Origin: Dehalococcoidia bacterium
GTDB taxonomy: Bacteria; Chloroflexota; Dehalococcoidia; Plut-88900
Direction of reading: 5' to 3'
Assembly (NCBI GenBank): GCA_965207225.1
Contig: CBDBLV010000005.1
Span: forward strand, 608,001-672,000
Length of the DNA stretch: 64,000 nucleotides
The position numbers and the translations under genes are program-made. Under the pieces are notes generated by a model. It did not search any database. It was not told the DNA's origin and worked only from the letters and a program-made list of their open reading frames with translations. Positions 1-9,346 of this stretch are shown here, piece after piece (the stretch's first letter is position 1; each line of letters begins with the position of its first letter).

Positions 1-1
1 A

Positions 2-1291
2 ACCATCGTGGCCACCAGCGGGGTAGACGCCCGCAGGCTGGCTGGAAGGCTGGACGTGACGATCAAGGTCACGAACGCCGAGGACCGCGGCAGCGTGGAG
101 TTGTCGCAGATAGAGCCTCGAGAGGGCCGGATAGTGACGGCCACGCTCACGGATGAAGACGGCAACGTCAACATCAGCACGTGGCAGTGGCAGTACGTTG
201 AGCTCCAGTCGGGTGAGGTCTGCAACCCCGGCGAGGGTGACACCGCTCCTACCGGTACGTGGGCTGATATACCGAAGGCAACGTCGGCCTCCTACACGCC
301 GAAGGACTTCGTGGTTGCGGGCGCAACGACCGATATAGCTAACAAGTGTCTGCGGGCGACGGCGACCTACACGGACGGCATCGACCATGCGGATGACACT
401 GTCACACCTGCTCACACCGAGCCCGACACCGCCACGCAGGCGACGGATGCGGTCGTGCAGGTAGCTGGTGCCACCAACAGCGCACCGAGCTTCCCCGACC
501 AGGATCTGACAATGGTAGGCGACCAGTCGGACGAGACGAGCCGGTCGGTAGCTGAGAACACGCCTGCGAAGATGGGCATAGGGTCAGCGGTGGATGCTGA
601 CGATGACGACGGTGACCTGCGTCTGTACTCGCTGAGTGGGCCTGACGCCGACTCCTTCGGGATAAACCGGAAGACCGGCCAGATCATGACGAAGGCGAAG
701 CTGGACTTCGAGACGAAGGACACCTACATAGTGATAGTGACGGCGACCGACCCGTCGGGTGCCAATGACTCCATCACGGTGACCATCAACGTCACAGATG
801 AGAACGACGACGCAACCATCGTCCAGGTCACCGAGCCCGAGGAGCCCGAGTCCACGAACAACGCCCCCGCCTTCCCGGCGGACAGCGTGACCCGCACCGT
901 TGCCGAGAACTCCGAAGGCGGCGCCAACGTCGGTGACCCCGTCGTTGCCACCGACGAGGACGAAGGCGACGAGGTCTCCTACAGCCTGGTTGACGAGTCC
1001 GGCAGCTTCGAAATTTGGCCCTCCGGCCAGATCACCGTTGCCGAAGGCGCCAACCTGGACTTCGAGACCCAGTCCAGCTACACCGTCACCGTTACCGCCA
1101 CGGACGGCACCGACAGCTCCTCCGTCGAGGTCACCATCAACATCGGCAACGTCGGGCTAGCCAGCCCATACGACGCCGACGACAACGGTGAAATCAGCAA
1201 GGCGGAAGCCGTCAACGCGGTACAGGACTACTTCGATGACGAGATATCCAGGGAAGCCGTGCTCGAGGTCATAAGGATCTACTTCGGATAG
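2..1291 (+). CDS. Cadherin-repeat surface protein with C-terminal EF-hand/dockerin-like tail (5'-truncated)
   Basis: Cadherin motifs (N.AP.F, RSVAEN, DADDDG, LDFETK..Y.V.VTATD); tail YDADDNGEISKAEAVNAVQDYFDDEISREAVLEVIRIYFG; frame open from the window start. Confidence 0.85.
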   Translation, partial: TIVATSGVDARRLAGRLDVTIKVTNAEDRGSVELSQIEPREGRIVTATLTDEDGNVNISTWQWQYVELQSGEVCNPGEGDTAPTGTWADIPKATSASYTPKDFVVAGATTDIANKCLRATATYTDGIDHADDTVTPAHTEPDTATQATDAVVQVAGATNSAPSFPDQDLTMVGDQSDETSRSVAENTPAKMGIGSAVDADDDDGDLRLYSLSGPDADSFGINRKTGQIMTKAKLDFETKDTYIVIVTATDPSGANDSITVTINVTDENDDATIVQVTEPEEPESTNNAPAFPADSVTRTVAENSEGGANVGDPVVATDEDEGDEVSYSLVDESGSFEIWPSGQITVAEGANLDFETQSSYTVTVTATDGTDSSSVEVTINIGNVGLASPYDADDNGEISKAEAVNAVQDYFDDEISREAVLEVIRIYFG

Positions 1292-1299
1292 AGAAAAAA

Positions 1300-1336
1300 T
1301 TGCCGAGGGGCTTAAACAATCAAAGCCCCTCGGCAA
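1300..1336. terminator. 14-bp intergenic stem-loop
   Basis: ttgccgaggggctt / aagcccctcggcaa perfect inverted repeat, 9-nt loop; no U-tract on the + strand. Confidence 0.55.
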
Positions 1337-1390
1337 AACCGAAAACAATCAAACGAAGTCCTAAAGAAAGACACACAGGGAGTAGAGAAA

Positions 1391-3061
1391 TTGGCCAGAA
1401 GAGCGCTGACACTGCTGGGTGTCCTCGCAATCGTCGGGGTGGCGGGCCTGTCGCTGTTGATTCCGAACGCCGTCAACGCGGACGAACACAGCGCCACTAG
1501 GTCCTTCGTCTCCAGTTCGGTTGCCACAGGTGCCGAGTTAGAGATAGAAATCACCGCCGAAAATTACGGGTCCTTCGCCCAGGTCGAAGAAACACTTCCG
1601 GAGGGGTTCATATTCCTCCGCTCGGACCTGGACGACAGCAGCATCGAAACTGATGGCCAGAACGTCAAGTTCACCCTGTTCGGTGAGGACCACTTCCACT
1701 ACACGGTCTCCGCATCCCAGGCCTCCGGAGACTACACCTTCTCCGGCACAGTTAAGGACGACAACAGGAACGTGCGTGACGTAAGCGGAGACACCACGGT
1801 CACCGTCAGCGGCGCCGCTCCCCCAGTCGCCGAGCGGACCCTCTCTTCCGACACCGTCCTCCCCGGTCGCCAGCTAGTCGTCTCCGTTTCGGTAGCCGAC
1901 TACGGCATCGGCGGGCGCCTCGTGGAGACCATCCCAGCCGGCTTCGACGTCGTCCCCACCGCCGACAGCTCAGTCAGCGTGTCCGGTGGCAACATATCCT
2001 TCATCCTCCTGGGTGAAGAGTCCGTCACCTACACCCTCATCGCCCCTGACGACCCCGGAGTCCACAACTTTGTTGGTACTATCACCAACTTCGACAAGAT
2101 CTCCGAAGCAGTCGGTGGCGCCGCCCAGGTGACCGTTGCCCCCAGGCCCGCCGCAACCGCCACCCGCTCCTTCGACGCCCCTCGCATTGAGGTCGGCGGC
2201 GAGATCGACGTAAAAGTCGCCCTCACCGACTACGGCGTCGGCGGCAAGCTCGTCGAAACCCTCCCCGAAGGCTTCACCTTCGTAGCCAGCGACCTCGGCG
2301 TAGGCGCCACCAGCGTCGCCGGCCAGAACGTCACCTTCTACCTCCTCGGCGAAGACTCCGTGAGCTACGTAGCCACCGCCCCCGGAGCAGAAGGTTCAGA
2401 CGCCGTCTACAGCTTCAGCGGTGTCCTCAGTGACATCGACAAGAACGATGTGGACGTAACGGGTGACGCAGATCTCCTCGTCGGTACCGTCAACCCAACC
2501 TTCTCCGCGGATGAGACCGCCGTCCGTGAGATCAACGAAAATACCCCGGCCGGCGTCCGCATCGGCGACCCGATCATGGCGTCCGCAGCAATCGGTGGCC
2601 TCACCTTCGAGATTACCAGCGCCGCCGCAGACACCTTCGACATCGAGAACGATGGCCAGCTCCGCACCAAGGGCGACCTGGACTACGAGACCCGGTCCAG
2701 CTACTCGCTCAAGGTGACCATCACCGACGAGTTCGGTGGATCAGCATCCCTCGTGGTCACCGTCCAGGTCCTCGACCGTGACGAATATGTCCCACCGACG
2801 GCCACGCCTGAGCCCACGGCTACCCCGGCACCCACGGCCACCCCAGTCCCGACGGCAACGTCGGTACCGCAGCGACCCACGGCCACCCCAGAGCCTACGG
2901 CCACCCCGGTCCCGACTGTAGAGCCCACGGCCACCCCGACCGTTGTGGAGCCAGACGAGGAAGCTGGGTTCCCGGTATGGGCCATTGTGATAATCGTAAT
3001 CGCAGCGGTCGTAGTGGTAGGCGGCGGAGGGTATGTCGTGTACCGCAGGCAGCAAGGCTAA
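1391..3061 (+). CDS. Membrane-anchored surface protein: signal peptide, 3 cohesin-like beta repeats, cadherin domain, PT linker, C-terminal TM helix
   Basis: Signal peptide MARRALTLLG...VNA; three ~105-aa repeats (A.RSF...YG...ETLPEGF...F.L.GE...Y...Y.FSG...V.G); LDYETRSSY cadherin; PTATP repeats; WAIVIIVIAAVVVV...YRRQQG. Confidence 0.8.
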   Translation: MARRALTLLGVLAIVGVAGLSLLIPNAVNADEHSATRSFVSSSVATGAELEIEITAENYGSFAQVEETLPEGFIFLRSDLDDSSIETDGQNVKFTLFGEDHFHYTVSASQASGDYTFSGTVKDDNRNVRDVSGDTTVTVSGAAPPVAERTLSSDTVLPGRQLVVSVSVADYGIGGRLVETIPAGFDVVPTADSSVSVSGGNISFILLGEESVTYTLIAPDDPGVHNFVGTITNFDKISEAVGGAAQVTVAPRPAATATRSFDAPRIEVGGEIDVKVALTDYGVGGKLVETLPEGFTFVASDLGVGATSVAGQNVTFYLLGEDSVSYVATAPGAEGSDAVYSFSGVLSDIDKNDVDVTGDADLLVGTVNPTFSADETAVREINENTPAGVRIGDPIMASAAIGGLTFEITSAAADTFDIENDGQLRTKGDLDYETRSSYSLKVTITDEFGGSASLVVTVQVLDRDEYVPPTATPEPTATPAPTATPVPTATSVPQRPTATPEPTATPVPTVEPTATPTVVEPDEEAGFPVWAIVIIVIAAVVVVGGGGYVVYRRQQG

Positions 3062-3112
3062 TCGGTCCCAATAGCGGCTGCACCAGCTCTGCAGCATAAA
3101 CTAGAGTGAATA

Positions 3113-3150
3113 CCGTCCCCGGGGAGTAATCCCCGGGGGCGGATCCTCTT
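3113..3150 (+). terminator. Stem-loop/intrinsic terminator after scaffold gene 1
   Basis: ccgtccccgggga-gtaa-tccccgggggcgg followed by a T-rich stretch; homologous hairpin at ~11047-11084. Confidence 0.6.
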
Positions 3151-3216
3151 TAGTGAGTTCTCCTCCTATTTCAGCTACAATGCCCCTGCACCACCTCACG
3201 CCTCGGGAGTACTTCA

Positions 3217-3519
3217 ATGCGCCTGACCGCCAAGGAGATGGACCGCCTGACCATCTTCACCGCCGCCCAGCTTGCCCGCAGGCGTCGGGACAAGGGCCTG
3301 AAGCTAAACTATCCCGAAGCTGTTGCCCTCATCTCCGATGAGCTCCTCGAAGACGGCCGCGAAGGCAAGTCCTACGAAGAAGTGATTGAGCGCGCAGGCC
3401 GAATCCTCACCCGAGACGATGTCCTGGACGGCGTCCCCGACCTGGTAACCCCCCTCCGCCTGGAAGTAACCTTCGACGACGGCAACAAGCTCATATACTT
3501 GGAGGATCCCATCAAGTAA
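3217..3519 (+). CDS. ureA: Urease subunit gamma
   Basis: MRLTAKEMDRL...LARRRRDKGLKLNYPEAVALI...EVTFDDGNKL, 100 aa. Confidence 0.95.
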   Translation: MRLTAKEMDRLTIFTAAQLARRRRDKGLKLNYPEAVALISDELLEDGREGKSYEEVIERAGRILTRDDVLDGVPDLVTPLRLEVTFDDGNKLIYLEDPIK

Positions 3520-3520
3520 G

Positions 3521-3904
3521 GTGAGTCACTCTATGAAGCCCGGCGAAGTTATCAGCAGTGAAGTCGCACTCCCAATAAATCAGGACAGGACAGCAGTCAC
3601 CATTTCGGTGACCAATACCTCTGACCATGCGGTTCAGGTCACTTCCCACTACCATTTCTTCGAAGCGAACAAGCGCCTCCGCTTCAACAGGACTGCAGCC
3701 TACGGGAAGAGACTCGACGTACCCTCGGGCTCCGCTGTGCGATGGCAACCTGTCGAGACCCGAGACGTTACCCTCATCGACATCGCCGGCAAACGTCGAG
3801 TCTATGGCTTTCAGGGACTGGTCAACGGCCAATTGACCGACGAACAGCGCGGCGAGGCCCTCCGTTTGGCCCAGGCCCGAGGTTTCCTTAATCAGGAAGC
3901 TTGA
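3521..3904 (+). CDS. ureB: Urease subunit beta
   Basis: MKPGE...VTNTSDHAVQVTSHYHFFEAN...AYGKRLDVPSGSAVRW...VYGFQGLVNG. Confidence 0.95.
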   Translation: MSHSMKPGEVISSEVALPINQDRTAVTISVTNTSDHAVQVTSHYHFFEANKRLRFNRTAAYGKRLDVPSGSAVRWQPVETRDVTLIDIAGKRRVYGFQGLVNGQLTDEQRGEALRLAQARGFLNQEA

Positions 3905-3906
3905 AC

Positions 3907-5583
3907 ATGACCCACGAGATGGACAGGGCCCATTACAACGCCCTTTACGGCCCCACCGTCGGGGACCGCATCCGATTAGGTGACACTGACCTCTTCCTCC
4001 TGGTAGAAGCCGACCACACCTCCTACGGAAACGAGATCACCCACGGCTGGGGGAAGAACACCCGCACCGGGATGATGCACGCTTACCGTACGCCCAGTGA
4101 CAGCGAGCTTGATGATGTCATCGTGGGCGCTGTAGTTGCCGATCCGGTTCTAGGCATATTCAAGGGTGATATCGGGATCAAGGACGGTGTGATAGCTGGC
4201 ATTGGTCGAGCTGGCAACCCTGACATAATGGACGGCGTCGACTTGGTCTTGGGCCCCAACACCAACGTCTTCCCTGCTGCCGGGCTGATCGCTACCCCCG
4301 GAGGCGTCGATAGCCACGTCCACATTTATCACAACCCAAAACTGCTCGAAACGGCCATCGGGGCGGGCGTCACTACCTTTATCGGTGCTGGACTCAACCA
4401 CAACGGTGAATTCACCATCCACAAGTACTTCGAGGCCTTCGAAGGCGTCCCCATAAACCTTGGCGTCCAGGGCCGAGGCGCCGCCAGCCACCCCGCCCCC
4501 ATCGAGCGCAATATCGAAGCCGGCGCCTGCGGCATGAAGATCCACGAAGACGAGGGTGCTTATCCCTACATCATCGACCTCTGCCTTCAGGTCGCCGAGC
4601 AATACGACGTTTCAGTCGCCCTTCATACCGACGGTCTTCAGGAGTCCATGCAGGTAAACGACACTATAGAAGCAATCGGTGGCAGGGCCCTCCACGCATA
4701 TCACGTCGAAGGCGTTGGAGGTGGCCATGCCCCTGACCTTCTCAAACTGGCCGGTGTCGAAAACATAATGACCTCATCCACCACCCCCACCGTTCCCTAT
4801 ACCGCCGGCACCTACCAAGAACACTTCCCCATGACCGCCCTTGTTCATGGCCTAACCCCTCATCTTCCCACGGATGTCGCCGCCCTTGAAGCCCGTGTCC
4901 GTCGCGAGACCATGGCCGCAGAGGACGTTCTCCACGACATTGGCGCAGTTCCAATCATCAACTCCGACTCCCAGGGAATGGGCCGTATCGGGGAAGTCGT
5001 TACTCGCACTTGGCAGCTTGCCCACAAGATGAAGAGGGAACGAGGGAGCGTTAATCCGGATCACGACAACGACCGAATCCTCCAGTATCTGGCCAAGATT
5101 ACGATCAACCCTGCCATTACCCACGGCATTTCCGAATATGTGGGGTCACTCCGTAATGGCAGGATGGCAGACATTGTCCTTTGGGACCCTCGCTTCTTTG
5201 GAGTGAAGCCCGACACCGTCTTCAAGGGCGGCTTCGTCGCCTGGGGCCCCAGTGGGGAAGGCAACGCTTCTGTAACCGGTTCCCAACCTACAGTCTATGG
5301 TCCGGCTTTTGGCGCCATGGGTCACGCTGCCGGGAAACTAAGCGCTTTCTTCGTCTCTCAGGCATCGCTTGATAAGGACTTACCTAAGCGCCTGCGTTCG
5401 CGCAGAAAGTTCCTCCCCGTCAGAAACGTACGTAGCGTCTCCAAGAGGAAAATGATCCTTAACACCCGAAACCCCATGATAGACATTGACCCCTGTACAT
5501 CCCGGGTTCTCGTTAATGGCGTCGAAGCCATTTCAGAAGCCGTCAGAGAATTTCCACTAAATCGCCAGTATGTCATTACTTGA
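3907..5583 (+). CDS. ureC: Urease subunit alpha (divergent)
   Basis: YGPTVGDRIRLGDTDL; metal-ligand motifs DSHVH, MKIHED, ALHTD, YHVEGVGGGHAPD, SDSQGMGR. Confidence 0.93.
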   Translation: MTHEMDRAHYNALYGPTVGDRIRLGDTDLFLLVEADHTSYGNEITHGWGKNTRTGMMHAYRTPSDSELDDVIVGAVVADPVLGIFKGDIGIKDGVIAGIGRAGNPDIMDGVDLVLGPNTNVFPAAGLIATPGGVDSHVHIYHNPKLLETAIGAGVTTFIGAGLNHNGEFTIHKYFEAFEGVPINLGVQGRGAASHPAPIERNIEAGACGMKIHEDEGAYPYIIDLCLQVAEQYDVSVALHTDGLQESMQVNDTIEAIGGRALHAYHVEGVGGGHAPDLLKLAGVENIMTSSTTPTVPYTAGTYQEHFPMTALVHGLTPHLPTDVAALEARVRRETMAAEDVLHDIGAVPIINSDSQGMGRIGEVVTRTWQLAHKMKRERGSVNPDHDNDRILQYLAKITINPAITHGISEYVGSLRNGRMADIVLWDPRFFGVKPDTVFKGGFVAWGPSGEGNASVTGSQPTVYGPAFGAMGHAAGKLSAFFVSQASLDKDLPKRLRSRRKFLPVRNVRSVSKRKMILNTRNPMIDIDPCTSRVLVNGVEAISEAVREFPLNRQYVIT

Positions 5584-5832
5584 CTTTGTGGCGGTTTTGG
5601 AGCAAACCTTTATTGGGTAATATGAGCCCTAACCTGACAAATTGACCGCTTTTCCTCTGTGAATTTCATAGAAAACCCTACCAATTCTCGCCGCGAAACA
5701 GTACAATCTGTAGGCTATAAGGTTCAAAGCATGTGGTATCATTCACCGAAGATTGGTCTCCTCTGTTCTGAAGCGAATGGCATAGGCCGTTCACAGGCGA
5801 ACAAGAGGCTGACCCCAGCGGAGATTGACTAA

Positions 5833-8800
5833 ATGACAAGTGCGATAAAGTCCCGGAGCTCGAAAACCCCGTCGCGCGTATTAGTGGTGGCGGCTGCATT
5901 CCTGGCAGCTGTCATGTTCATGACGCTTTTCCTGCCTTCTCTTTTGCTCGAATTCGGACACGCGCAAGGGCAGGTCGAGCCCGTGCAGGTCTCCAAGCTA
6001 TTCCTTGAGAATAGCGAGGATCCGGTCACAGAGTTCGGCGCCGTAGACCCTGAAGGCCAACCCATCAGATGGCAGCTCTCCGGCAATGACTCCGCTGACT
6101 TCTCAGTCAATGAAGGTGTCCTAACCTTTACCGTCCCACCCGATTTCGAAAACCCGGCAGACCAGAACCGGGACAACGTCTATGAAGTCACCGTGGAAGC
6201 CCGTGACCCTGGCTTTAACATCGCACCTGCCGAACTCACCATTCAAGTCCTGAACATTGACGAGGACGGCATCGTAACCCTTTCCACCGATAGGCCCCAG
6301 CAGGGCGTGCGTGTCACAGCCAGCGTCACCGACCCCGACCGCATAACCTCGCAAATTGAATGGCAATGGTCCAAGTCCCTCAACGGAGTTACGGGCTGGG
6401 CCGATATTTCCGGCGCAACCGCCGGCCACTACGTACCTACGGAATTTGATGTCGGCCATTACATCCGGGCCACTGCAACTTACAACGATGTCCAGGGCGG
6501 TGATACCTCCAAGTCTGCCCATGGCATTTCGGCCAACGCTGTTGTGGCAGAGCCCCACATCAACCGCGCACCTGAATTCCTTGACCGCTCCCCGACCAGA
6601 TCTGTCAACGAAAACGTCGCCGCTGGCACCCCGGTCGGAGACCCCGTCGCCGCAGAGGACCAGGACAATGACGACCTGACTTACGTACTCGGTGGCGCCG
6701 ACGCTTCAACTTTCTCCATTGATAGCTCCACCGGCCAGATCTCGGTCGGTGCGGGCGCCAGTATTGACTTTGAGACCAAGAGTAGCTACAGCGTAACTGT
6801 CACGGCTTCGGACCCTTCGGCCACCAGTGACGCTGTGACCGTTACCATCTCTGTCAATGATGTAAATGAACCCCCCACCGCCCCCTCGGGGGACACGGCA
6901 ATCGACTATCCCGAAAACGGAACCTCGGCAGTCCAGCGCTTCACCTCCTCCGACCCCGAGGGTGATTCCTTGAGATGGTCCCTCTCCGGTGATGACGCCT
7001 ACGATTTCTCCATCGCCGAAGGAGTCCTCAGCTTCGTCTCTTCGCCTGATTTTGAAAGTCCTGCCGACAGAGACCTTGACAATGTCTACGATGTGACCAT
7101 CAGCGCTGGCGATACCGCCGGCAAGACCACTTCCATTGATGTGACCGTAACCGTAACCAACGTGGATGAAGCAGGCACGGTTACCCTGTCTTCAGATCAG
7201 CCCGGAGAAGGCGTTAGCTTTTCGGCCCGCTTAGCCGACCCTGACCGCATTACCTCTACGATCTCCTGGCAGTGGTCCCGCTCCACGGATTCCGCAGCTG
7301 GTTGGGTTGATATCCCCAACTCCAACTCTGGAATCTACGTACCTTCTGTAGTTGATGTCGGTCACTACCTCCAGGCTACGGCCACCTACAGAGATGCCGA
7401 AAGTGCAACCGACAACAAGACCGCGAGCCGGGTTTCCGCTAATGCGGTCCTTGCCCGACCTGAAATCAACATCGCCCCCGAATTCCTTGAGGATGACCCA
7501 GCGTCAAGGAGCGTTAACGAGAACGCGGCTGCTGGCGCCGCTGTCGGTGATCCGGTCGCCGCAGAGGATGCCAACGGTGATGAGTTGACCTACACCTTGG
7601 GTGGCGATGACTTAGCCTCCTTCTCCATAGATGCTGCTACCGGTCAGATCTCCGTTGGCAACGGCACTGTACTTGACTTCGAGTCCCAGTCATCCTACTC
7701 CGTGTCCGTCACAGCTACTGACCCTGAGGGCCTGTATGACAGCATTGGCGTCTCAATATCGGTCAACGATGTTGACGAGGCCCCGTCCATCTCCGCAGAT
7801 TCAACCGAGATGGAGTACGCCGAGAACGATACTGACCCAGTCGCTACCTTCAGCGCTTCCGACCCAGAAGGTGTAACCCCCATCGGTTGGGAGCTCTCCG
7901 GTGACGACTCCGACAACTTCACAATCGCGGACGGTGTGCTCTCCTTCAGCGCCTCCCCAGACTATGAAAACCCGACTGACCAGGGTCTAGACAATGTCCA
8001 TAACCTCTCCATCGGCGCCAGGGATACCACAGCCAATATCACTTGGCTCGCAGTCACCGTGACTGTTACCAACGTTGAAGAGGCAGGCGCGGTAAGCTTG
8101 TCCACCGGTCAGCCCACCGAGGGCGTCCGGATAACCGCTACACTGAGCGATCCTGATCACATCGCCTCCAGGGTCTCTTGGCAGTGGGCCCGGTCCGCAG
8201 ATGGGTCTAGTTGGACTGACATCGAGGATGCTAACTCCGCCATCTACACACCTGGCCGGGACGACGGCAATCACTACCTCCGGGCTACCGCTAGTTACAA
8301 TGACCGTGAAGATGCTGTAACCACTAAGACTGCCAGCGCCCAAACCGATGAAGCGGTTATCCCTGTAGAGCGTCCCAACCAGCCGCCGACTTTCACAGAC
8401 TCTGACCCAACGGGTAGGTCAGTCAACGAAAACGCCGCAACGGCCGCCCCTGTTGGAGCCCCGGTCGATGCCGAGGACCCGGATGACGAGACCCTCGTCT
8501 ACACCCTAAGTGGTGATGATGCAGACGCCTTCGACATCAACTCGGCTACCGGTCAGATCTCTGTCGCCGAAGGCACTGAGCTCGACTTCGAGACCGACAA
8601 CAGCTACAGCGTCATCGTCACAGTGGTTGACCCCGCTGGCGCCAGTGACACCATCGGTGTCCTGATCTCCGTTACCGACGTTGATGAGACCCCCACAATC
8701 TTCGAAAAAGAGCTCATCATCCTCGAAAGCAGGCCTTCCGACTACACGGAGAACAGCATCCACAAGGTCGCTACTTACGCAGTCGATGGGACAAAGACCG

Positions 8801-9168
8801 AGGGTGTCGTTTGGACCCTTACGGGTGTGGACGCCGGCCTCTTCAGCATCACCCAGCTTAATGGGTTGGTAGAGCTCACCTTCAATTCCTCGCCGGACTA
8901 CGAAAACCCGATGGACCAGGGTAGGGACAACGAATACAACATCACCATCGTTGCTACCAACAACGAGGGTACCGAGTCTACTCTATCCGTAATCGTCACA
9001 GTCTCTGATGACCCAGACGACAATGCAGGCTCCGCAGCAGTCTTCGACCTCAACGGTGACGGAGTAATCGACCGGGCCGAAGCGCTCGCAGCCGTGAGAG
9101 ACTACTTCAACGACGACATCACCCTAGACCAGGTCCTGGCGGTTATCGTCCGGTACTTCGCCAGCTAA
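5833..9168 (+). CDS. Large secreted cadherin/Ig-repeat protein with C-terminal EF-hand/dockerin-like tail
   Basis: N-terminal hydrophobic signal; three ~300-aa super-repeats (cadherin PDFENP.D..DNVY + Ig-like WQWS.S...GHY.RATATY + cadherin LDFE); tail FDLNGDGVIDRAEALAAVRDYFNDDITLDQVLAVIVRYFAS. Confidence 0.88.
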   Translation: MTSAIKSRSSKTPSRVLVVAAAFLAAVMFMTLFLPSLLLEFGHAQGQVEPVQVSKLFLENSEDPVTEFGAVDPEGQPIRWQLSGNDSADFSVNEGVLTFTVPPDFENPADQNRDNVYEVTVEARDPGFNIAPAELTIQVLNIDEDGIVTLSTDRPQQGVRVTASVTDPDRITSQIEWQWSKSLNGVTGWADISGATAGHYVPTEFDVGHYIRATATYNDVQGGDTSKSAHGISANAVVAEPHINRAPEFLDRSPTRSVNENVAAGTPVGDPVAAEDQDNDDLTYVLGGADASTFSIDSSTGQISVGAGASIDFETKSSYSVTVTASDPSATSDAVTVTISVNDVNEPPTAPSGDTAIDYPENGTSAVQRFTSSDPEGDSLRWSLSGDDAYDFSIAEGVLSFVSSPDFESPADRDLDNVYDVTISAGDTAGKTTSIDVTVTVTNVDEAGTVTLSSDQPGEGVSFSARLADPDRITSTISWQWSRSTDSAAGWVDIPNSNSGIYVPSVVDVGHYLQATATYRDAESATDNKTASRVSANAVLARPEINIAPEFLEDDPASRSVNENAAAGAAVGDPVAAEDANGDELTYTLGGDDLASFSIDAATGQISVGNGTVLDFESQSSYSVSVTATDPEGLYDSIGVSISVNDVDEAPSISADSTEMEYAENDTDPVATFSASDPEGVTPIGWELSGDDSDNFTIADGVLSFSASPDYENPTDQGLDNVHNLSIGARDTTANITWLAVTVTVTNVEEAGAVSLSTGQPTEGVRITATLSDPDHIASRVSWQWARSADGSSWTDIEDANSAIYTPGRDDGNHYLRATASYNDREDAVTTKTASAQTDEAVIPVERPNQPPTFTDSDPTGRSVNENAATAAPVGAPVDAEDPDDETLVYTLSGDDADAFDINSATGQISVAEGTELDFETDNSYSVIVTVVDPAGASDTIGVLISVTDVDETPTIFEKELIILESRPSDYTENSIHKVATYAVDGTKTEGVVWTLTGVDAGLFSITQLNGLVELTFNSSPDYENPMDQGRDNEYNITIVATNNEGTESTLSVIVTVSDDPDDNAGSAAVFDLNGDGVIDRAEALAAVRDYFNDDITLDQVLAVIVRYFAS

Positions 9169-9199
9169 ATGGTAGACTGGGCAAGCAGCTAGAATAGCC

Positions 9200-9240
9200 C
9201 ACCGCCTCCAGGGTGCATCCCTGGGGGCGGTGATGCTTTT
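9200..9240 (+). terminator. Stem-loop between adhesin and scaffold genes
   Basis: caccgcctccaggg-tgcat-ccctgggggcggtg followed by atgctttt. Confidence 0.55.
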
Positions 9241-9346
9241 GGAGCCTTGGACTGGATTAAACCCCCCAGCCCGAGAGAGGCCCTTGGCTGACCAATCCCA
9301 GCACTACAAAAGGGGCGCGCTCCAACCCCTTAAAGAAAGAAGGAAC

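Larger units (their letters stand above)
2521..5246 (+). repeat. Direct repeat copy 1 (~2.7 kb: scaffold 3' end, ureA, ureB, most of ureC)
   Basis: Near-identical to 10456-13186 (offset 7935-7940) apart from scattered SNPs and a ~90-bp diverged intergenic stretch. Confidence 0.92.

Noticed and set aside
2791-2945. Short periodic repeats (ccacggccacccc) as a CRISPR-like array
   Set aside because: They are 18-bp-period coding repeats for a PTATP linker, with no spacers and no cas genes
5584-5832. Riboswitch (e.g. c-di-GMP) upstream of the adhesin gene
   Set aside because: No recognisable aptamer consensus; only an AT-richer, promoter-like stretch
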